DNA from: Phoronis australis
Taxonomy: Eukaryota > Animalia > Phoronida
DNA: 64,000 bases
Assembly (NCBI GenBank): GCA_002633005.1
Contig: NMRA01000657.1
Span: 103,884-167,883, forward strand
Direction: 5' to 3'
Shown piece by piece: positions 50,256 through 62,809 of the stretch. A program made the position numbers and the translations under genes. The notes below the pieces were generated by a model. It was not told the origin of the DNA. It did not search any database and saw nothing but the letters and a program-made list of their open reading frames with translations. Numbering within the stretch: position 1 is the first letter of the stretch; each line of letters starts with the position of its first letter.

Positions 50256-52460
50256 CTGTAAAATCATGTTTTACTTACATACACTGTATGTGTAGCAATT
50301 AGTGAGAGTACGGGCCCCATTCCCGGAGAACGTCTTCCTTTAGGATTAGGGATACATCTGGACTTCCAAATCTGGGGCGCAATTTGCAAGGCCAGAATAA
50401 AAAATGTGACCCATGTTTATACAAAAAGCATGTATATACATGTTTTAAGAAAATCTTTAAAGCACGGCCCATATTTAAATCTTTCGAGAATGTATTATGT
50501 CTAGCAAGTTTTTAAGATCACATCAGTATTCACACTGTGCAGAGTATCATCAAAATGGGAAACACAATTAAGTCGTGACGTGGTGTGACAAATTTAATCC
50601 AGATCAGGATTGTAATCAATGATTTGTTCAAAAGGAGTTTTATTCGATTGGAAGTGGCTTTTCAATAACCCGTGTAAATTCAAAACATTTGACAGAGAAT
50701 GTCTTTGTTTAGGCATCTGTAAAAACAATGCGGTAAACACCACTGCAGTTTACAGAAGCATAAATAAAGAATAAAAAACAAAACATCAAATTTTGAAAAC
50801 AATTCAATGATACATTGGAACTGTCGAACGAAAGGTTAGCGATCTGTTCTAAAACTGTTCACAAGGAAAACGACTATATACTTTTGGTTAAATTTTCTTA
50901 GAGTTCTGTCCTTGCAAATACTTGATGGTCGACAGTGTGGTGTCCCTGTCTTAAGGCAACACTTGCCAGTTACTACATAAGCTTCAGTGTGCATTTCCGG
51001 GATCGTCCTGGACCGGCAGCCATGTTAGTGTTGTTTGCCTTGTGCCGAGTCTCGACAAAACAGTTGACGACATGTAGCATAAGCAAACGGACCGATATCG
51101 AGGAGCCAAAAAGATATAAGAACACCAACTGGGATATTGTGTCCGTCCACCTTAAAAGCTTTTCTCAGTATGGTCGTTCGAATGTATTGATTACTACTGA
51201 GATCAGCCGAATTAATAAGAAGTGAGTAAGGGAAGTTGTACCGACACTACTACCAAATGTTCAAGAACAATAAACTTGGAGATCCTGTCGGGAATAACTC
51301 CTGCGGAAGTTATGCCGCTTTGGTGTATACACCGGTTGTTGGACGCTGTGCAGGTAACGGCAATACGGTTGGAGAACTATAATCGAAACCAGAATAGGCG
51401 AGTGTTTTTTGGGGCGACCGAGTCAACGGATTCCAACATCGGGTGCTCATCAAAAATCAGTGTACAACGTTGATTTGTACGTGTAGATTGTGATTTAAGG
51501 TACAGCCCTCGAAATTTGGACAAATATGGCAAACTTCGGAACCTCATATATCAAACATGGCTGATTGGATATGAAACTTTCAGATATCATGCTTTACACA
51601 TTATTCTCCAACACGCTTCCAGAAATTATTTTATAAGTTTCTTCTTTTGCATGAACGGCTATCAAAAATAGGACATTTATTATTTTTATGACGAAATTCC
51701 AAAGCTGCTACAGCAGCGGTCATTCTTAACATAAGTGCGTCTTGATTCCGAAGTATGAATTTATCACTTCGCAATCTAATTTTAGAAAACCATGCTACTA
51801 CACGCACTGTGACACACAGGGATTATCTTTTTGGTTCGATAGCAATAATCCTTTATTTTCACTTTAAAAACTGCCGGAAAGTTCGGGAACAAAATTTATA
51901 CGCTTTCGCATAAAAATACGTATGATTTTTCTGACCTCAAACCAAATAGTGAAGTTTTCGCAAAATAGTGCTGAGGCGCAACACGCGCACAAATGGTCTG
52001 TGTGAAAAAATATATCTTGAAAACGGCTCTGTGAATACATTAAGTTCAGGTCGCCAGTATCGCCGACATACGTTAAACAAAAGTCAATTAATTTAGTGCC
52101 AAAGCTTCTGAGGAATAGTTTCGAGCGTGTCAGTCTCGATTATTTTACCGTGATCTATTGTAGAACAGACAGAGTTGTACAACATTGATGTTAAGGCGTT
52201 GCAATATCATCAAATCTGACACTGTGCTCGTTTGTGTTGTTATCGACATTTGCAAATGCGCCTAAGAGCTATCTACACTACTTCTAACCGGGCAAAACTT
52301 AACGCCGATGCTTCCTTGTACATCCATGGGATAAAGGAATCGCGTTTTCCTGGTTCATACGAAAATATGCTTTATCGTGCCACAGACTGCCCCTTTCGAA
52401 CCTCGTGATTCCGGGGCGGAGACAGTTTTGCATGAAATCAATAAATCAAAAAGTACTTAC

Positions 52461-52590
52461 TTGGCTTGCAATTGTACATCACGTTCAATAACTTCACATC
52501 CCGAAAACTGAATCCCTTCCTGTTCCCAATGAGATGCTGGTGTTTCGGATTTACCGTCTGAATCGTCCTTCTTCCATTAGTTGAAAAGGC
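52461..52590 (-). CDS. Gene B exon 7, end of astacin domain (AFSTNGRRTIQTVNPKHQHLIGNRKGFSFRDVKLLNVMYNCKP)
   Basis: 130 nt; CCAG/GTAAGT; homologous to 15452-15581. Confidence 0.96.
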
Positions 52591-54816
52591 CTGGAATAGA
52601 AACGTTCACAATATAGAAGTATTAGGTGGGGGAGGGAGGGGGTTGCCCTAGGGTACGGAAAATGCTGAAAATTTGGGCAAATTAGCCTTAGACGCAGTGG
52701 TGTACCTACAGTTGTATACCGAAACCAAGGTCCGGGTACTATGCACTTTGTATGGATTTCTTGAGCAAGCAAAATTGGACACCAAGACACATACTTCATG
52801 ATTGCGGGAAATGAGCCCGTAGTTGCTTTTTTAAAAGAATAAGAAGAAAGGAAAGATTAATGCATTATCAACCACGGTGAATTCGCCACCTCCAGGGTGC
52901 CCAGCGGTAGTCAGATCCGTCCACAAGTCGTCGTCATCCGTTGTCATTCATAGGGAAACGCTACCCAAATTTCGCATAGATGACGCAATGTGCTAAAAGA
53001 TACATTCGCAGATGCAGAAAAACAAATCTACCTCTAGGAGGCGCCACATTAGTAGCGTTTGCGCGAAAATCAACGTCAGCCGAAGTGTTTTCCGCTGGGA
53101 CATAGCTGTCAATTTTCGTAATAATCTTTAGAGCAGTTTGACATGGGGACACATAAAACGTAATCAAAAATAATGAAAATGGCGAGTAGTAGGCGAAGAA
53201 TCAGTCAAACCTGTCCGAAAATTGGCCTACCGTGTTTTACAGCAAGTTAACTCTGTTAAACAGTATAAGCATAACAACGAACACCGTTGGTCTCGGGCGA
53301 TTTTGTTAGGTAGCCTACGGCCAACAATCAGCGACGGCCTATAGTCATAGGGAATACCAACTGGTGCCGAAATAATTTAACAAAGCAATCTCAGTATGTT
53401 GCCAAATAGTTAAATGCTAGTAATGAGTTTAGTTCAAACGAAAGAATTTTCATTCAACCTGAAGCATAAGTTGGTACCGGAGCCCGACCGTCTGGCCGCG
53501 GACGACGACTGGTCGGCGGCGCAGGATGAACCGGTGCCGATTTGCTGCCAAGTTAGACAGTACGGAATGCGCTGACGGTAATCACACAGCAGTTGCTGGT
53601 AATTTGCATCAGTTTCACAATATGGCGGTGAGGAAAATGCTTTTGCTGATCTAGAAAAACGGGTACTGTTGCTGAAATTTGACGTACGCTCGCTATGAGT
53701 AAAAACACCTCAATAATGTTGGCTGCTGGAGATACGACGTATTCGCAAATTTAACTTATGATTACATTAAACGCCACTCGTTATATGCAAAAAACCACAT
53801 AAAATGTGAACAGTAGATTATCCAAACGAATTGACAACGCTGATACGCTCACGGCGTAACAGTATGTTTTCATGGACAACATAGTCGTCATTCAGGAATC
53901 GTTCCTTAACTGCTGCCTAGGAACTCAGTCACGGTAATAGACAGGAATAGTCGTTGATTTTCTGATCTAGGCCGAGGTACAAAGTTGAGCTCAAAAAGGT
54001 TTTAAGTTTGACAACAAAAAAAGAGGTAAGCATTATACCATGTACTTAATGTATTACTTAACTTGGAATATATTTTAAGTTTTTGAACTGGATTAGCAAT
54101 TTGAAATAAGAACTTCAATAGAGTTTTTATGTACCGTCGCAGTATGATGATACGTGTAAGTGAATTTCGCAGTGTGTCAAACAACAGGATATTTCATTGA
54201 CGATGCTGGGCGGGAGAGTCAAACCTTCAAAACGCAACACTCTCGTCAAAAACGGAACAGTTCGCAATACGTACGTATGACGCGTCCATTTTTACCAAGT
54301 GTGTAAAAATGCATGTTTAAATGAGATCTGGTGACGCTTCGTACTTCGTGAAGTAAGCTCGATTTCCTAACGAACACATAAGCTATTAAATAGAATCGTG
54401 AATGATTTGTCATTTATCAGAAACTATACAACTTAGAATGCTCAGTGTACTCGAGGATTAGTCATACCTCCACGTCCGTTGTCGCGACGTATATTGTTGC
54501 CTAGGCAACGAGTTATGCCGAATGCGACAATATGTGGCGTTAGCATTGACAAAATGTGTCGGCGATCACTGCACATTGTCGATGTCATATTCTCATTGTC
54601 GCTCTCGCCCCATGACATTATCTGCGCTTGTGCAGTCGTATGACCACTACTCTCCATGACTTGCCGTCTCACCAATGTCTGCACATGCACAGATAATATC
54701 TGCGAGGGTAAATTTGAGCCCAATGTGCTCCGTACGGTACATACACTCTTAGACTACCACCACTTGTGTCGGGCTAACAAAACAAGTCAACTTCGTAAAC
54801 AAGCTCTAAATCTTAC

Positions 54817-55020
54817 ATATTGCCCATAATGCATCATGCTCGTGAAGTCGTAAGGAACGTTATAGGTGTTGATCACGTTGGAACTGTACTTCTGGAAGTT
54901 GTACAAGACAGAAGACGGTATGTTTTGGCGCAGTATGCGGACGTAGTTGTCGCGGTCTGGTCTTGTCTGTTCGTGGTGGAACCCTACCGCGTGACCAATC
55001 TCGTGCATAATGATCCCTTT
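54817..55020 (-). CDS. Gene B exon 6, HEIGHAVGFHHEQTRPDRD and SMMHY
   Basis: Astacin signature; 204 nt; 66 of 68 residues identical to gene A exon 6. Confidence 0.98.
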
Positions 55021-55254
55021 CTGTAAAAAAACAAATTGGAGCTTTGGATACTAAATTTAAGAATAATCGCACTGCTTAAGAAAGATATTCTGACCAGGAG
55101 GTGCAAGACGCCTCTTGCCAAAAAATGGAACTTTTGATATTTCTTGTCACAGATTACTCACATGAAATAAGTTATTTCAAAATTCCAACAACGTAGGAAA
55201 ACCGTCATCTAATGAAATATAACGAAGCAATCGTTTTGGAATTGGCGCCCTTTG

Positions 55255-55411
55255 CAGGGGCGGATCCAGGATTTTGAGTTAGGGGGTGCCAGGGCAGAGT
55301 ATTAGCCAGGATTTTGCCCGTCAGACATTCGCACACTAGTACTGCCAAATGGAATCTGGGAGAATTTTAGGGGGGCCATGGCCCCCTTGGCCCCCTCTAA
55401 ATCCGTCACTG
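55255..55411. mobile_element. 157-bp MITE with 5-bp TSD
   Basis: Termini CAGGGGCGGAT and ATCCGTCACTG; perfect TSD CTTTG. Confidence 0.8.
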
Positions 55412-55858
55412 CTTTGAGAAGGTCGATTGCGCATTCTTGAATGAAGGCTGTTTGAAGTAAAGTCAGAACAGGTTTATTTACCCAGAAGTAAAAAAGGTAA
55501 ACCCAGAAATTTTACTAAAGCAGTTAAATCCTAAAACAGAAATTAACCCATTTTAAAAAGAATTCCAATGACTGGTTTAACTAGAAGGGACTTTTCAGTA
55601 AATTTCGCAATTTTGGCAGCAATGCCCTTCTTTAGGCGGCTGTGACGGAAAAACTTATTTCTTCGCACTTCATAGGCAACGATGAAAATACAAAATATCA
55701 CTTTTTTGAAATTTTTAAAAATAATTTGAAATGTATAGAATCCTTTATGTGTATTAGCTGGTTCAAAGACGTAGCAACTTCAACTAAACATGGAGCATAC
55801 TTTTTGACTAACAGCGGTGCATTTTTAAATGAACGAGATAGAGCACTGTCATATTTAC

Positions 55859-56043
55859 CCTGCGACATCCGTACGCCAGACTGACAGGTTGTCCTCCTCC
55901 AATCATGCCAACATAAGATGAACAGCCGCCGCCATTTTGTAACCGGATATAGTTTCGTTGGTTGGTTCTTCTAACCAGTCGTAGGCACGTGTATCTGTTG
56001 TAATCATCTATTGCTGACCTGATCTGACTCATCTGGGCACTAT
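55859..56043 (-). CDS. Gene B exon 5, astacin domain
   Basis: 185 nt; YTCLRLV, GCSSYVGM; TGTAG/GTAAAT. Confidence 0.96.
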
Positions 56044-57767
56044 CTACAGAAAAATAATCAAAATGTGATCTTATGTCTGTTCCGCACTGGGTACATTTAC
56101 ATGTATCTACCTTGCAATCTTAAATTCAAGGTTATTTAAAGGGGCATTCTCAACGATTTAATTCTCGGTTGAATTCTTAGCCGAGGCCCGTTGGGTTTGA
56201 AAACATTACCACGCTCATCTGATCTCAAGTTGATACCGAATGGGTTGGCAGCTCAAATCACAGGCAATGCAAACAGGCACCAATTTCGAACACGCAAATT
56301 TTAGGGCGAACCCCGGCATTTTCATGCGTTGCTAATGGTTTCTCTTGATGTTCTAATTCTTAAGGGAATTGAAATTCTCTCACGGTACGTAAGATAATGG
56401 TACCTGGTTTATAAGAGCATACGCAATAATAGGGAAATTGCCAACCCCGATTAACTCCTAAACATGAGACCTATTTTACGAAAGTAAAAGGCCTTCAAAT
56501 TAAAATTAATTTTGGCCAGGTGCAAATTCAGCTTCAACAAAATATTTAAATACTAAGGCCGATGTACAGTTAAATTACCAAAAGTACTAAAATAAGGAAA
56601 AAATCTAAATGCAATTATATGAATAAGTATGAAAGACCTGATAGACAAACTTGTGTATTTATCCAAAACTCTTAACTTGACACTCACCAATTCAGAACAC
56701 AGGACGATTTAGACATCACTAAAATAATTATAGATATTTCGTATCTTTCAACCCATGCTGTGTTCGCCTCATTTTAATATTCTTTTCTCTATGCTTTTAA
56801 GTGAACGAAAATAGAAACAACATCACAAGTTGCGGCAGTTGAATGAGTATCGAAAATTCAATTTTAGGTGATGATTCACCACAAAAATAGGAATGAAACT
56901 AAACAAATTGCATTAACTCCAGATAAGTTTAAAAATAAATGGAAAGTTGTGGTTGCGTTGAATGAGCATTTTTAGGCTTAGGGATCGACTGAACTTAATT
57001 GCGTTCAAATCAGTTTTCTGAAGTTTTAAGAAAATCTCGATTGTGAACACGAATGCAAAACTAAGTGTCCGAAATGCAAAAAACATTCAAAAAACCTTTA
57101 AAGTCATTAAAATACACTAATATTCTATCAACCCTGAGAAATGAGCACGTTTAAAATTGTTATGAACAATCTATTTATTCCTCGCCCTGAGTGAATTCAT
57201 TGACGGCTGTCATTCAGCGAAATTCTGCCTACGTGTTTCAGTAGAACCATACTTCTTCCTATCTGAGGAGGTTTCTGTTGAACCCACCTATTACAAGTTT
57301 TTACATTCACCTTTATAAAACGTTTAGACTTTGCTCAGGGCTACACACAGTGATGTGATTTCACGAAATAAATCCTGTCCCCTGATCTATTACACATAAA
57401 CCGGGTGTTACGCGGCATGCATTTTGATAAATACAAGGAATTTAAGTGTAAAAAGTTTTAATTTTGGTCATTTAAAGATGCATAGTCTCATTAAAACCGC
57501 GAATATTTAAATTTGTAGCTATACAACTATAATCAGGAAAAGAAACAATTTGAAAATAAATTGCGGTTTTAAAGAAAACACGAGAACTGATACACTTAAA
57601 AATAAGTCTGATTATATAAACAATCCTAGTTAGGACCCGGGGTTGATTGTAAATTAGTACTCCATTAGCATATTCACGATTTAATTAGACCACGCATCTT
57701 TAAACTTTTCGTGCAGCTCTCATTGTTGGTGTCCATGTGATTGGCGCAGTGTGACATTATTCCGATT

Positions 57768-58364
57768 TATGTCTTACAGAAATTCGAATTATGTCTGGCA
57801 TAAATCAGAAATATGTCAGACAAAAATTATACTTATTTGCGATACAAATTAATTGATGATATGCTTAATTATTGCATAATATCATATATAATTCATTAAT
57901 GTCAACCATAGCTCTAAGTATATCAGACATATATAATATCCACTGTTATTCTATTTAAAACTGACATAAATCATGACACGAGTCGGCCAATGCGAATCGT
58001 CGATAGATTCATTGATTCGTCTAAAATGATGCTTCCATCGATGAAAAACATTGTCATTAATCTCGCTTGAAATTTTGCTGAGAACAGCATGGTCCATAGG
58101 AAGCGTCATGCTTTTGTAGTAAGTGTGGGAAATGTATCGACGATTGGCTGACTCTTAGACTTAAATACGATTTGTGTCAGATATAAATGGTGGATATTGA
58201 TCGTATTTATATATGATAAAAAGAACTATGGTCGACATTGATTAATTATGTATGACATTATTCGACAATTGTGTCACACATAAAAATGTCTAATATAAAA
58301 TAATTTAAGTCTGAAGTGAATCTCTAATTTATGTTACACATAATTCACATTTATGTAAGACATA
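57768..58364. repeat. Long imperfect inverted repeat (foldback/MITE)
   Basis: Arms of about 240 bp mirror each other, e.g. TATGTCTTACA/TGTAAGACATA, AATGTCAACCATAG/CTATGGTCGACATT, AATCGTCGATA/TATCGACGATT. Confidence 0.75.
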
Positions 58365-58852
58365 CAGGAGAAAAAATTTGATTCACAAACTGTACACAGC
58401 CAGTATTTAACAAACACACGTCAGATCAAATATCAGACAAGACGCTTTAGCGATTAAGTCTGTTGTTACAGGCACGACGACTGACGAGTACAGCGCACAT
58501 ACATAATCGAAACCAGCAGTTAAGGAATTGCGTAACTGTCGCTTCGCTCCTTGACATAAACCGGGAACAGGCAGTTCTTAGTTCCTTTCCCAGGGTAGTG
58601 GGCCTGAAACACCACACCACCTGTGTGTTGTATAAGATGTCAACTAAGTACTTTTCATATTGAAGTGGACAAACAAGATAGACCCTTGAAAAACAACGTG
58701 GCCCGTTGCAAGTCACACACAGCATAGGTCAAGAATTCTTAAACAACCGATCGCAAACGAGTAGGCGACTGCCCATCAACCTGTTGGAAAACAGTAGACT
58801 TGCGTACTAATTTTTAGCAGACAGCATAGCCGATGACACAAACGACACTTAC

Positions 58853-59016
58853 TAAATGTCCCAGGTTGAAGTGCGTATGGTACAACATTGTTTGTCCACC
58901 TCTTACTCAATTGTCGAATGGCGTTTCTCCTTTGGCGATCATGTGCACTTAGCGTGTCGCGGCGACGTCTGCGGGCTTCTTCAAGTTCATCTTCTTCGCC
59001 TTCGAATGCAATTCGC
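58853..59016 (-). CDS. Gene B exon 4 (EEARRRRRDTLSAHDRQRR|NAIRQLSKRWTNNVVPY)
   Basis: 164 nt, AAG acceptor, GTAAGT donor, homologous to 29851-30014. Confidence 0.93.
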
Positions 59017-59899
59017 CTTCAGTGGAAAAATAAAATATGAAATCAGTGTGCTGTGATGTGATGCCCCTCAAATTATGATTTCTGGTCGTTATAGGCTCTT
59101 TTTGCAGTGCTAGATGGGATTCCTTCAGCAAAATGACAGTGTTTCGACACACATTTTACAAATTTCCAATGAATACAACTGCAAATTTGTTTAGCCTGGG
59201 TGATTTTCCAAGATATTTAACAACCAGGTAATGGGTTGCGTTTATAGCTGTGTTTTGCCCTGTTTAGCTGCAAAATCAAATATATTTAGGCTTTTTATAT
59301 ACTCTATACTTTATATACAATTCGAGTTTCATTTTAGCCAATGACACGCTGGGAAATTGGGCATCAAACAACACTTTTAGATGGTTTATCAATCAAATAC
59401 GTTTTGTAACCCTGAATGTTGTTCACACAGTGATTCTTTAGCCCTAGCATTTGGACAAAACAGAATTCTGACTGGACAGTTAAGTCAAATACAAGTTGCT
59501 CTGTTGGTTTGGCTGTCATATACTTTTGGTTTCCCTCATCTGAGAACTGAAACAAGACAAATCCTTTATTCCTCTTAGGTTCGACAACAGGTGGCTTCAA
59601 CGTCACCAAAGCAAGTTGATGAATTAATTTCTTTCTGAAAAAGTTAAAATAAGTAGTCTGCTGTTAACAAATGTATGATTTTTTATTCTGAATCTTGATT
59701 GGCGTACTGAACCAAAATTTACCGAACTGAAGACCTGTGTAACGAACAGACCAAACAGAAATATTTTTACTTTCTCATCCCTAGCATTTACGTACGACTT
59801 TTCAGTAATCCCCGTGCAGTCTAGCAACAGGGCACACGACATTTAAAGAGGATTAAACCCTGTGTCATACGTCAAAAATTTGATTAATAATAGTTGCTG

Positions 59900-60114
59900 G
59901 CGGTCTGGTACACGTTGTACCGGACGTGCACAGGCCTTTCATCTGGGTCAATTACACGGATCACCTGGAACCATTTTTGCGCTTTATTCATATATACTAA
60001 AACTGAGCCGAAGAGCTGGAAAAATGACTCAAGGGTTTAGCAGCGTGGACTCAAAGCCACGGCCGCGAGTATAGAGAGCCGGCATCTATCACACCAGGCC
60101 ACACAACCTCCTCT
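59900..60114 (-). mobile_element. SINE of the same family as 6119-6342
   Basis: Colinear similarity (CGGTCTGxTACACGTTGTACC...CCAGGCCACAC); B box damaged. Confidence 0.75.
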
Positions 60115-60880
60115 AAAATTTTGAGTTAGGTCACTAATTTTTTCGGAGCAAGCTCATAAAATTTCAGGGTTTGCAACAGAACTTGTTTAGTTTAATAAAA
60201 AGTACGAATTTAATGACTCTTCAACGCTAGTTTGTAATTTCTTTTAATGGGTCAGAGGCCCACGTGCTAATGCTGTATACCCGTTTTGGTGATATCACTG
60301 AACATCACTTTTGTTGTTTGCTTTTGCACAATTAGTCCATCAGGGAAACGAGCATTATTTAGCAAAGACGTTGCAGCACGTTGTAGCAAAGATGACAATA
60401 TATTTTTTCAATAGCTTAATTTATCTTATGGTTGTCCATATCTAAAATATGATTTAGACTCACTTTTACGGACTCTAATTTGCCTAGTTTGTTGACTATA
60501 ATGCACGGGGAAACTAAAAAAACAAAGCCATTTTTTTCTCAGGTTTAGTCTAATTAGGTCTTGATGGCCATTTTTATCCATTCTCGTGTCCATTTGAGTT
60601 CATAACCCGCAGCAGCCCTAAAAACAAATTAGGTACTTCTAGTCGCCAGACTATCTCAGCAGCAAATATTCCTTGGGAACACCGTAACACCCTAACTGGC
60701 GGCAAGCTGATCTCGTGACAGATGATCAAAAAGAAGACCCAGGCCCATGGTTGTCAGAAAAGTACAAAAAGTCCTCTAGTCGTAAGAACTTTTTAGTTTT
60801 GCATATAGCTACAGACAGAGTAAATGGTTTTTGACACATGAAATTTCAAGACAATTTTGAAATGTAAAATAATTACTTAC

Positions 60881-60974
60881 TCTTGACTTATTGCTTCCCA
60901 ATCTTCAGGTTTGAACAACATGTCATACTCAAGCAATACCACATTATTGTCTTGAAGCATATCGCTCATCCGAC
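60881..60974 (-). CDS. Gene B exon 3, propeptide (RMSDMLQDNNVVLLEYDMLFKPEDWEAISQE)
   Basis: 94 nt, TTTCAG/GTAAGT, homologous to 30762-30855. Confidence 0.92.
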
Positions 60975-62809
60975 CTGAAATTAAAAGACGACGAAATCCA
61001 CAAAACGTCACAACTAGCATTCGTTTATCCACGATTGACAGTGTACCCGCGATCAAAATCACAGCCGACTGATAACATTGTTCACTGTGAATATTGTTCA
61101 TTGTGACATGTTCAGGTAAGGCTTAATGCGTGTCCTGTAACTGTAGGTTTGTACTACATTCCGATTAGTTATTAGCCACATACGATTCTGTATCGACCCT
61201 TTAATGCGACTATAAAGTACAAAGTAGGTCTTTCAGCACCCTACGTCCTGGCCGTCAGGATTAACGTGCCGGCTCTGTTGCAATGCACTGAGAATCGAAG
61301 ATCTGCCAAGGATTATTACATGCTAACAAAGATATTATTGTTACACCAGTATCTTTGATGTTAAGTTGCCAAAGTTTCTACTATTGCAGTTTCTGCTGTC
61401 GGGGGTCTTGGCTGCAATCATAATTCACAACCTTAGTGAAACTAAGTTTTTATTAAAAACATCAACAGCGAAATAAATGTCATAATTTTAACATTATATT
61501 GTGACACAAGAGTATGCCTATTGATAATTTTTGAGTTTGCGCCCGTTTCATGTTTTTGACTTGCGGTCATCAAAAACATAATGCACTCTTCGTTTAATCA
61601 ATATCCCAAATGTTTGTTTGGTAATTAAAGTTACTTGCTACTTGACTGTTTTNAGCATTACCTGGCTCTTCCATGACTGGTCCTGTTCAGTCAGAAATTC
61701 ACCGACTCTGGGTAGTACGAGTGCGTACTCTGGCACAGGCCTTGCTTTGTCAGGTAGTTTACTGTATCTCAAATGTTCAGTGGTGTCTTTGACATAACTC
61801 ACTAAAGCACAAAGCTTTTGTGATCGGATTTTTTTGCAGAATAAACTCTAAAGGATCATGAAGGCCCATCGACATCGTCCGCCATTTTGTCATTTTAAAA
61901 TGCACTTGCTTCTCTCAATACCAGTAATTACAACTATCAATTCATTCTCGTTTAATCTTAAAGGCATTCATTTCCATTTAAAATTTCTACAGAGTGTTTA
62001 AATTAACCTGATAATGTAAAAGAAATGAAAGAATACAAGAGAGTTACACGTACATTTTTTATATATCCTCAAGCTTAACCTCAACTGACTCCCTCAGTGG
62101 GCAAATGTCATCGGGTTCATATTTCATACTAGCCGCGTAATAAACCCGGAAAACATCTTGTTTTCATTTGAAAGAGTTTAGACTTGGTTTCTATAACTAT
62201 TTAAAACAAACATCTTGCCTAAAAGTTTGTTCAAATGGTCTGTAAAGTCTGCTCGTCGTTTCCAAACTATGAAAATAGACAGTTTTGCAAGACAATTTTG
62301 ACTAAGGTGCAAAGTTGAGGCAAGATTTTTTATTGCTCAGTCATCAAGACTAACTCTTTAACTGTACGTTCAAAACGTCACATAAGGCTACAAGGTGTTT
62401 TATGGCAGTAAGAACGTCACAAAAATGGCCACTAAAATTAGCCCCAAAATGTGGTCTGTGGATTATCTCCCCTGTCTAACACAAAACTGTCAGATTTTAA
62501 TAAATGGCACAGAATTATGTACAGTATACGTTGGTTATTTCAGCCACTAAAATATAGCTTTCGATCTATTTTGTATGTTACTCATTTTTGTTGCTGAAAA
62601 CATGCGATTTTTGAGACGGCTAATTTGCCCAATTGTGCCAATTTATGTTATCATGCTCCAGCGGCGAATTTAGGGGTCATTGAGTGCACAAAATTTGACA
62701 TTTGAGTTTTTGTTAGGATACCTACCCATGTAGAAAAAATGAAGTTGTTTTAAATTTTGACGTATAGACTGATTTTTGAAAATCTACTGGTTTTTATATG
62801 GACTGTCTC

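Larger units (their letters stand above)
41761..60974 (-). other. Gene B model: paralogous astacin with EGF-like module, poly-Gly linkers and 3 ShKT domains (first two exons outside window)
   Basis: Nine exons; the eight with counterparts in gene A share intron positions and phases; ends at TGA 41763-41761. Confidence 0.93.

Noticed and set aside
49982-50261. Poly-Pro/His/Arg ORFs on the plus strand (also poly-Ala/Thr ORFs at 2081-2407 and 11362-11724)
   Set aside because: Antisense shadows of the poly-Gly codons.
59624-60074. Duplicated small ORFs (72 aa, 70 aa) as a conserved gene pair
   Set aside because: Identity reflects the segment duplication; one overlaps a SINE; no protein motif.
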